DNA of 24,462 bases, from positions 243,052-267,513 of the forward strand of contig JBMFRB010000005.1 in NCBI GenBank assembly GCA_049968255.1, read 5' to 3'. The position numbers and the translations under genes were made by a program. The DNA is from Candidatus Sumerlaeaceae bacterium (GTDB taxonomy: Bacteria > Sumerlaeota > Sumerlaeia > Sumerlaeales > Sumerlaeaceae). Positions 18,301 to 24,462 of the stretch are shown one piece after another. How positions within the stretch are numbered: position 1 is the first letter of the stretch; the number at the start of each line of letters is the position of its first letter. The notes under the pieces were generated by a model. It had not been told where the DNA came from. It saw only the letters and a program-made list of their open reading frames with translations, and made no database searches.

Positions 18301-18472
18301 AACTCCACCCGATGTGGGTGAGAGCATGCCAACGCACCCCGCGGATATCGGTCGTTGTTGGCCCCTGGAGATACGCAAACACGATTTTATCGCGATCGGA
18401 TCGAGGACCAGCTTGCCCCGCCGTTGGTACAACAAAAAAGCATGAAAGAATGAAAATAAGGAAATAGCGCAT
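15380..18472 (-). CDS. Secreted multidomain glycoside hydrolase family 18 (chitinase/chitobiase-like) with CBM-like, lamin-tail-like and lectin-like domains
   Basis: Signal peptide MRYFLIFILSCFFVVPTAGQA with GGGAGA RBS. GH18 motifs LTHIGW, DGVNLDFE, YDF, IVLGLPFY, FDDAETLEYK and GIGFWSL. Lamin-tail-like VINELRY..FVEI..SIGRLPDG..TPGQPN. 1030 aa. Confidence 0.88.
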   Translation of the reverse strand: MRYFLIFILSCFFVVPTAGQAGPRSDRDKIVFAYLQGPTTTDIRGVRWHALTHIGWSFITFDANADLGGVSSFNSRSVELKPGGVAANNGVKVVIVLANNNFDETVLSTVMTSTTLRQKLITNVVNVVADPNNGCDGVNLDFEFSWGTATRDGIAAFIQDLYTALKALNPPRELSIYTIPSWSSTQYNAANLTNYTDYIIYSGYDFASGSTMTAVGPYGSPSTYSIVGNVDDYIAAGIPPEHIVLGLPFYTKQWDTTTTGSYGDTGTQVGAGALIDANFDTLYRNSPYPKNYSNPVDHHAKWYTYLVSGSTYRLTTFDDAETLEYKFRLVKGWKGNNGRGKQLAGIGFWSLLWLVNETSVDPNNTGAGPQSFTRTLEYPYTLMEEMFAPPGTRTFRVETFEHASSDTNTGFNARWRSPSDGPDDQNLDAASASRAPANAPVGAPAGSHKVLAVNFKFTATPGRFFFKHQPLMGTSTPYAVDWGNAIITVPATTKFLADIHTPAGYPGTTIRMVVRDKNKQLEKGPAFSLATAGWKTISFDLLNDPVTPYTTSEGAYTSGNGVIDTAGGGTRDITFAGFEVSTTGFTGSTGTINFDRILYQPSLPGNQNFVINELRYSTANQQFVEIAGPTGATLPAGLYLQTISGSTGDVVTSISLGGLTMPSSGLLLVGASGLSAIRDVAMADGTLLTGAPSALRLYDVNTGISYDSVVYQAAGGLNGLDSPFKPVVSNFGPPWLGEVATGTNVLGDSYSIGRLPDGAISYVNGNDFSFMNATPGQPNGAGVTLPVTYNFETAPPTAFQTFAQFSVSTPPSSVDPGGVHGKVYRCVDLSGGGVIGVIGDASFGASGTGYQVVGELYLPSASEPAQAIGVGFCGTQGSRFFPSVSPGNSSYENGYWLIYENVAGVGLNDGQPDHPGVVQFVQALNDGLHASPTVLLGSKTLAQLGVTAGTWATFRLVVEPTASSANQLVASINNVEIYRGPIPSEGRTSGAVQIGFRENHTGGPATNEGTWVDNLTIAPVNSAVEEWELY

Positions 18473-18764
18473 CGTTGATGTCTCCCGGAAAAGCATCTCT
18501 GGTGAAATCCCTAGAAGCACAGATTGGCAACGTAGCAAAAGATCGCAACTGGAAAACGGCTGGTTTCCCCCTGGTGTGTTGGACCGATCTAAACAGCTCG
18601 AGCCAGTTTGATCAGTTTTGGCACCAACCGCTCTGAGCCACAGAGCCTCCAGAGGCGACAGAGAAGCAGCTTGCGCTGCGGTGATCGGCCCACCTCGACG
18701 AGACACATGTAAGCCTGCCTGTCCCATGAAGGGCAAAACCTGCCGTCTCACACAAGAGGAGCTC

Positions 18765-20219
18765 TTAGCTCACAGGTGGCCAGGTTCCTGAGCGGTCACG
18801 TAGCTCCGCAATCACCTCGTTCATTTTTGGAATAAGGGCGTATTCCTCATCCCAAAACGCCTGGCTCTTCATTTTGTCGAGATACTCTTTCGTGTACTCG
18901 AAGCAGAGCCATGTTTCTTCCTTCATCCGGAAGAGTCGGTCCTTTTGTTCGCGGCTGCGGACATCAAGAAAATCGGCGTGGTCCCACGTTCGGAAAATTT
19001 GTTCAAACCATTGCGCCATCAGGGCACCGTCAATGGGGCGGCCGATCATCTGTTCGAGATCCTGCATGACGCTCGGATACCGATCGAAGCCATCCGTGGC
19101 GACTGTGACCACGTTGTCTTCATCGCCCAGCCCAAGGAAGTGAGCAGTCCGGATGGCTCCCATAATGTTGCAAATGCTCGAAATGCCGAAGCACTTTTGA
19201 TAGAAATCGAACGCTTCTTTTGAGCACTCACAGCTGTGACAAAGATCTTCATTCGGACGTCGTCCGGTGAGCTTTGCTCCTACGAGCTGGCTAAGGCCTT
19301 CGGCGCCCAAGTGATGAAAAACATAGAGCCCCTTGACCGTGTCGTAATCGTGTACGGCAAGAACGTAATCTGTGTTGAGGACGTTATGGATGAGGGTCAC
19401 CATTTTGTCGCCGATACCCTCGATCCGATGTACCCCCCGGCCACCATTCGTCAACGTCGAGCACTCCTTTGGCTCAACGGCCACGACCGTTGCATCGGGA
19501 TATTTAGCTTTGATCTCATCGGCTGCGGCGATGGTGCCGGCGCTTCCCGGAGCGCTGACAAATGCTGCTACCTTGCCGTTGCCAATTGCCGAAGCTGCTT
19601 CGAGTGCTGCGCGGCCGGTGGTGTAGCGGTGGAAACGGTAATTCGGCATCAGCTCGAATTGGCCAAGCACAAGTTTCGTCGGGTCGTGCTTGAACTCCAC
19701 CACGCGTTCGAGAACCAGAATCACATCGCTTTCGCAGCCGGGTGTGAGAATGAGATCGCCGCCGTATTTACGAATGCGTTCGTAGCGCTCGTCGCTCATT
19801 TCCTCCGGCATGACCACGATGCACTTGAAACCCTTGAGGCGTGAGATATAGGCAGTGCCGATTCCAAAATTGCCAGTGGACGGGCCTATGATCGTCATGT
19901 CATGGGTGACTTTGCCCAGTGCCTCAGCTTCAGCCATCGTGGCGTAGGCCGGACCGACTTTGTGGCTTCCACTGGGAAAACTGCAAGCGGTAAGGACTAT
20001 GATGTTGGCTCGTGTGCCGGTAAGTTCTTTGGGCAGCACGACGTAACGCGGTTTGTTCAAGGCGTTGCGCCAAGTGATATTGAAAAGATTGAAGGGGTTG
20101 AGCTCGTTTTTTCGTGCTTCGAGGGCAGCCCGCCGAACGGCTTCCGGCAAACGCGCGGGGTTCTCCATCTCGTCGTAAGTCGGGCCAGGTGTGTACTTCA
20201 ATTCATAGCTCGTCGTCAT
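18765..20219 (-). CDS. PLP-dependent fold-type II enzyme (cysteine synthase/Trp synthase beta superfamily), long form, substrate unknown
   Basis: PSGSHK (Schiff-base Lys), STGNFG, GSAGT phosphate loop, AVEP, HRIEGIG; 484 aa; AAAGGA RBS. Confidence 0.88.
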   Translation of the reverse strand: MTTSYELKYTPGPTYDEMENPARLPEAVRRAALEARKNELNPFNLFNITWRNALNKPRYVVLPKELTGTRANIIVLTACSFPSGSHKVGPAYATMAEAEALGKVTHDMTIIGPSTGNFGIGTAYISRLKGFKCIVVMPEEMSDERYERIRKYGGDLILTPGCESDVILVLERVVEFKHDPTKLVLGQFELMPNYRFHRYTTGRAALEAASAIGNGKVAAFVSAPGSAGTIAAADEIKAKYPDATVVAVEPKECSTLTNGGRGVHRIEGIGDKMVTLIHNVLNTDYVLAVHDYDTVKGLYVFHHLGAEGLSQLVGAKLTGRRPNEDLCHSCECSKEAFDFYQKCFGISSICNIMGAIRTAHFLGLGDEDNVVTVATDGFDRYPSVMQDLEQMIGRPIDGALMAQWFEQIFRTWDHADFLDVRSREQKDRLFRMKEETWLCFEYTKEYLDKMKSQAFWDEEYALIPKMNEVIAELRDRSGTWPPVS

Positions 20220-20510
20220 GGCACGAATGTCCTTTCAACCACAATTAAAAAATGTCCCTCCTTTGCCCCCTGGGGCGCAAGCTTTGAACTAGCAACAAAA
20301 TCAAGAACAAAATGCGAGAACAAGAGGAAAATGCAGGGGAGGAGAAATAAAAATTGATGTGTACAGACCAATAATTTTCCTTGTTTTCGCAGGGCTGGTG
20401 AAGTGGTCTATAAGACTGCTGGCGGCGAACTGCTCTCACACCCATCATTTGGGGCGCCAGGCTTGAGCAAACCCACAAAAACGTGAGATCACGTAAGGAG
20501 TTGTAAGCGC

Positions 20511-21671
20511 ATGCGCATTCAATTCAAAGCAGGAGATCTTGTGCGCGGAGCCGAAGTGGCTCAAAGTGTTGCGAATCCGCAGAGCACAATGCCGATCCTT
20601 GCACAGATCCTGATCAAGGGGGAACATAATAATTTAGCGTCTCTCACAGCAATGGACTTTGATGTGCGAGTGCGTGTGGAGGTGCCGGCCGAGGTTGAAG
20701 TAAAAGGCCAGATTACCGTGCCCGCTCGCACGTTTTATGATTTTGTCCGTGAGCTACCCTCGGACTCCGACGTCCTGATTGAGGCCAAAGGGGACAAAGT
20801 GACGGTGACGTGCCGGGACATTCGCGGCGAAATGGCAACGATGCCTGCTGAGGATTTCCCGGTGTGGCCCGAAATGGAGTCAAAACTGGAATTCGAAATG
20901 GCGCAGAAAGACCTGCAGCAGGTTTTGGACAAAGTGCTTTTTACGGTGCCAGTGCGCGACATGCGCAAAACGCTCCTGGGTGCGCTGTTCGAAATCCGCA
21001 AGACAACCCTCAACGTCGTGGGTACCGATGGGAAAATTCTTGCCTGTGCACGTCAGTCGATCAGCAGCGAAAAACCGCCAAAGGAATTCAATGCAATCGT
21101 GCCTCGCAAGCTGCTTGAGGAGCTCGACCGCAACCTCAATGACGAGGGCCTTGTGAGTGTGGCTTTCAACGAAAAGCAGGTTTCTTTCCGGCTCGGCAAT
21201 ATTTTGTATTTATCGAACCAGGTTGAAGGCACATACCCCGATTACACTCAGGTGATACCAAAACAATTCGCTCGCAGGTTTCATATCCAAAAGCCGCCTC
21301 TTCTGGCCGCAATCAGACGCGCGGCCATTTTCACGGATCAGCGGCAGAATAGCGTCACTCTTGAGTTTCGCGGCGATAAGGTGGCGATATTGGCGGACTC
21401 GTATGACCGGGGCCGTTTTTTCGAAGAGTTGCCTGCCGTCGTCGAAGGCGGGGATTTCCGTATTGCCTTCAATTATAAGTTCCTGCAGGATGTACTCAAG
21501 GCGTTGTCGCAGGAAGAAGTGCTTTTGCAGGCAAATCAAAACTCCATGCCGGCCATTTGGCGTGCCGAGAACGCCGACGACTGTTTCTACGTCGTTATGC
21601 CGGTGAAAATCCAGGAGCGCACGGAAATAGAAGAGACAGCAGTGGCCGAAGAAGGAGAGAGCGAGGCGTAG
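20511..21671 (+). CDS. dnaN: DNA polymerase III beta sliding clamp
   Basis: MPIL..IL, TVPARTFYDFVRELP, EDFP, GTDG, IVPRK, GTYPDYTQVIP, IAFNYKFLQD, YVVMPV; AAGGAG RBS at 20495-20500. Confidence 0.96.
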   Translation: MRIQFKAGDLVRGAEVAQSVANPQSTMPILAQILIKGEHNNLASLTAMDFDVRVRVEVPAEVEVKGQITVPARTFYDFVRELPSDSDVLIEAKGDKVTVTCRDIRGEMATMPAEDFPVWPEMESKLEFEMAQKDLQQVLDKVLFTVPVRDMRKTLLGALFEIRKTTLNVVGTDGKILACARQSISSEKPPKEFNAIVPRKLLEELDRNLNDEGLVSVAFNEKQVSFRLGNILYLSNQVEGTYPDYTQVIPKQFARRFHIQKPPLLAAIRRAAIFTDQRQNSVTLEFRGDKVAILADSYDRGRFFEELPAVVEGGDFRIAFNYKFLQDVLKALSQEEVLLQANQNSMPAIWRAENADDCFYVVMPVKIQERTEIEETAVAEEGESEA

Positions 21672-22372
21672 AGCTTGCTCATCCGCCTGGTTCTGTAACC
21701 TCTAAGCAAATCACAAATGGGTCGCTTGGATGCAGGAGAAAGCTCGCTCCCGCCGAAGAGTGTAGCTTTTTACTGCATTTTTTTCTTCACATGAGCCACC
21801 CATCGCTTGGCCATTTTCCCTTCCAAAATGCGAGTACCAACAACCGTCCATAAACCTCAAAAAGAGTTATGAGGTGATCACGTAACGTAGCCGCGCGGAG
21901 ACAGATCAGCGGTGCGCGGAAAACGGCAGTGGCGAGGGTGGCCTCACTTATCCTTCTGTTTCATGAGTCAGCTAGAAGAGTGGACTCTCACTGGCCGGCC
22001 ATCATTGAGCACTCTGGCCATGCTGCTGCGGTGGCTCGCCGCCTGCGGCCGTTCGACAATTTTAGAAGAAGCTGGCTTATGTGTTATTGATCTTGCATGT
22101 TCATATCCTGCTGTTTGCGAAGTGGAGGGGGTTTACTTTTACCTTTTACCCATACTTTCCCGCGTCACGGTGTTTTTTTCAAAACTCAAAGGCAGGCTGA
22201 GTGCGACTGCTTTTCCCGTCTTTCGCGAGATCCCGGACGGGAGACGGATGCTAACGTCATCTCTCCGCAAATAAAAACTAATTGTTTAAAAGTTTACTAT
22301 ATGCTTGTCGTCTGCTTACGCCCCTATGGTGAAAAGCATCTGCCCACTGTGTTCTTACTCCAAGACGAGCCC

Positions 22373-22412
22373 AAAAAAAAGTCCCGTCAGGGGGCAATCC
22401 CCGACCGGACTT
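22373..22412 (-). terminator. Rho-independent terminator downstream of the surface-protein gene
   Basis: Minus strand reads AAGTCCGGTCGGGGATTGCCCCCTGACGGGAC followed by T8: an imperfect GC-rich stem plus U-tract. Confidence 0.8.
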
Positions 22413-22425
22413 GAATTCATAATTC

Positions 22426-22467
22426 CGACCTTGCCGCGGGGGAACCCAGTCCCCCACGGCAAGGTCG
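22426..22467 (-). repeat. 18-bp inverted repeat (3'-UTR stem-loop)
   Basis: CGACCTTGCCGCGGGGGA-acccag-TCCCCCACGGCAAGGTCG; the single plus-strand mismatch is a G-U pair on the minus strand. Confidence 0.85.
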
Positions 22468-22476
22468 TTTACGACG

Positions 22477-24462
22477 CTAGCGTTGCAAGAACAATAACAC
22501 GCAAGGCCCGTCATCGAATTCGTCGTAGACCCGAATCTCGATGCGATCCAGCGTGAACTCACCTTCTTCGATCCACCGCAAGGCGCTACCCGACAGGGTA
22601 TCCATAAGGTCGAAGCCTACGCGCAGATCACGCAAGGACGGTGCATTCACGCCGGGCCCCGGCTGTGAGCTCAAGTTTGGCATCCTCATCTCGATTGGGT
22701 CAGACGGATCGTACTCAGGACGAATATCCGCATTGAGTGGCGAGTGGATGAGCAGAGTGTACCACCCGCCTGCGGTGTCGCCGGGCTCACGATCCGGATT
22801 CTGGCAGCCCGGACCAGGCAGCGCCTGTTGCGCATCGGCGTTGCTCTCAACTCCCGCATTGTACGCGCCGCCTATTTCGATCTTTTGGCTCCACATAAAG
22901 CGGACCGAACGGGCTCGACCGCGGAACTGCGACTGCAAGTTCGACGGCCGAGTCGAGGTCACGTGGAATCGAACCATGTAAATTTTGTTCGGTTCGACAC
23001 GCAGACGTTGATCGAAGGCGCCCGGATAGAATTCGCGCGCGATAATCGCCAAGCGATTCGGCGGCACACCGACCGAGCTCAGGGTGATGCCTTGAGGACC
23101 TTCTGAATAGCTTGGACCAGGCGTGTTCGGATCTGTATCTTCGATAGGCATCTCGCCAAGGCCAAAGTAGGCAATGTCAAGGTAGTTCCACATTTGGAGA
23201 TCAGTCGTCTCGACCACACCAAGGGTGCCCGCATCACCCGTCGTCGGAGCATAGACCTTCACTGGCGGCACGCTGAGCGGTAGCAGTGATTTCGGATAGA
23301 CGCCGATGGCTACTTCTGCCAGTCCGACAAAGCCTTGGTCTTGTGGATCAATCGAGTAGGCCTCGTAGGCAGCCCAGACGCCCTCTGTCGTGCCACTGTC
23401 GCGTAGATACGGTGTGTCTACCGGATCAAAGTCTACGCGATAGAGGGAAGGACGAAGCGGATCCGTCGAGGGCTGGATGTCGGCAGCGATGACCGACGCT
23501 TCTGGGTCAACATTGCGATGGTTGAACACTTCGAGCATTGCGTTCTGTGCGAAGCGATGCGACAGACGCATGCGGACATTAGGCATTGCTCCAGTCGTTT
23601 GCCAATCCACGGCATGCGGCGATGCAAAGACGTAGAACTTGCCGCGTACGTAGTGGTCTGTGCCGACCGCAGCGTATGGCAGCCACAGCGATTGATTAGC
23701 TACATGGCCAGCAGCGCGATAACGTGCCGGATCCGCTGTGATGCGCCCAAGGAGCGCCGTATTTGTCGCATCATAAGTTTGGTCAGCAAAGTTGATCACA
23801 GACATGGCAAACTCACCCCACTGGCTGTCCGCTTGCGGCGGATCGAATGTATCGCCGACCACCGGCGTGAAGCCAGGGCACACATCGTTGGCTACCAGCG
23901 AATTATTGTTCGCTGTAACCGGATCGCTCAGTGGGGAGACCACCGAGGCAGAGTTGACGACCGTGCCAGGCATGAGCGCCAGAGCCGTAATCGTCACGGA
24001 CGCTGTAGACCCTACATCGAGTTGGCCCAGTGAGGCATGAACAGTTGAACCATCGAAAGACGTCGTGCCTTGCGACGCCGACGACCCAATGTAGCTCAAG
24101 CCTGCAGGCAGTGGGTCTACTACTGTGACCGAGGGCGCTGGATCCGGTCCCAGGTTACCAACGACCAGCGTATAGGTCATCGTGTAGCCTGCTTGCGCGG
24201 GGGACATTTCGGATGTCTTCACGAGTTCGAGATTGGCCGACTGGCACTCGTCCGGGATGTCATCATGATTAGCGTCATCGCTTGAGCCCGACGCGAGATC
24301 GCATTCGTCGGGGGAGCCATTACTATTGCAGTCGGCGGAAGTCCCCGCTGCAATGTCGCACTCATCTGGCACACCGTTCGAGTTGCAATCCGGCGAGTTG
24401 GCCTCAGCGATGTCGCAATCATCCGGCACACCGTTGCCATTGCAGTCGACCTCGCACTCGTC
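22477..24462 (-). CDS. Large extracellular/surface protein, 5'-partial: Asp/Cys-rich repeats, DUF11-type Ig-like domain, uncharacterised C-terminal domain
   Basis: The frame stays open to the window edge (DECEVDCNGNGVPDDCD...), so GTG 24429 is probably not the true start. DUF11-like LELVKT..YTLVVGNLGP..VVDPLPAGL..NSASV..DPVTANN. Confidence 0.85.
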   Translation of the reverse strand, partial: DECEVDCNGNGVPDDCDIAEANSPDCNSNGVPDECDIAAGTSADCNSNGSPDECDLASGSSDDANHDDIPDECQSANLELVKTSEMSPAQAGYTMTYTLVVGNLGPDPAPSVTVVDPLPAGLSYIGSSASQGTTSFDGSTVHASLGQLDVGSTASVTITALALMPGTVVNSASVVSPLSDPVTANNNSLVANDVCPGFTPVVGDTFDPPQADSQWGEFAMSVINFADQTYDATNTALLGRITADPARYRAAGHVANQSLWLPYAAVGTDHYVRGKFYVFASPHAVDWQTTGAMPNVRMRLSHRFAQNAMLEVFNHRNVDPEASVIAADIQPSTDPLRPSLYRVDFDPVDTPYLRDSGTTEGVWAAYEAYSIDPQDQGFVGLAEVAIGVYPKSLLPLSVPPVKVYAPTTGDAGTLGVVETTDLQMWNYLDIAYFGLGEMPIEDTDPNTPGPSYSEGPQGITLSSVGVPPNRLAIIAREFYPGAFDQRLRVEPNKIYMVRFHVTSTRPSNLQSQFRGRARSVRFMWSQKIEIGGAYNAGVESNADAQQALPGPGCQNPDREPGDTAGGWYTLLIHSPLNADIRPEYDPSDPIEMRMPNLSSQPGPGVNAPSLRDLRVGFDLMDTLSGSALRWIEEGEFTLDRIEIRVYDEFDDGPCVLLFLQR
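24241..24462 (-). repeat. Tandem coding repeats DCNxNGxPDECD (mostly 19 aa / 57 nt period)
   Basis: DCNGNGVPDDCD, DCNSNGVPDECD, DCNSNGSPDECD and degenerate DANHDDIPDECQ, plus a partial unit at the window edge. Confidence 0.9.

Noticed and set aside
18473-18751. 93-codon N-terminal extension of the GH18 ORF
   Set aside because: The signal peptide and GGGAGA RBS point to ATG 18472; the extension looks like translated intergenic DNA.
20286-20321. GAAC-N7-GAAC LexA-type direct repeat upstream of dnaN
   Set aside because: The GAAC copies at 20305 and 20318 are separated by 9 nt, not 7.
20220-22476. oriC next to dnaN
   Set aside because: No perfect TTATCCACA boxes; only scattered matches with about 2 mismatches (TTCTTCACA, TTACCCATA, TCAACCACA); no dnaA in the window.
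21912-22556. Plus-strand ORFs 21912-22274, 22097-22414 and 22305-22556, and minus-strand 22278-22562
   Set aside because: No recognisable motifs or clear RBS, atypical composition, mutual overlap, and several run through terminator hairpins.
24241-24462. CRISPR-like periodic repeat
   Set aside because: The units are degenerate at synonymous positions and in frame within a CDS, so they are protein repeats; no cas genes are present.
1-24462. tRNA, rRNA, tmRNA, RNase P, SRP RNA, IS elements, integrases, prophage
   Set aside because: No diagnostic motifs or proteins found by eye; a covariance-model scan would be needed to exclude divergent RNAs.

Overview
A gene-dense chromosomal window from a diderm, LPS-producing bacterium with moderately high GC. 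Several protein signatures resemble what I recall from Sumerlaeota (BRC1, Ca. Sumerlaea-like), but this assignment is inference. The signatures are a solitary GspG-like prepilin ending in YDPTNGTVSGGD, a multidomain GH18 ending in AVEEWELY, and a DCNxNGxPDEC-repeat protein. Gene order: lptF-like, oversized lptD-like, single-domain response regulator (+); hypF-hypC-hypD-hypE (-); kdsB (+); secreted transglutaminase-like protein (-); secreted hypothetical, orphan pseudopilin, FHA-GGDEF cyclase (+); multidomain GH18 and an uncharacterised fold-type II PLP enzyme (-); stand-alone dnaN (+); about 800 bp of non-coding DNA; and the 3' part of a large repeat-containing surface protein (-). I saw no CRISPR array, tRNA, rRNA, transposase, integrase or prophage, and no clearly complete novel multi-gene system. 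The best leads are (i) a probable CUG start for lptF, (ii) a terminator-like hairpin just before the pilin RBS, suggesting an attenuator, (iii) a candidate C-terminal 'VxxWxxY' sorting signal, (iv) an atypical LptF/LptD pair, and (v) a PLP enzyme with a Cys-rich segment.
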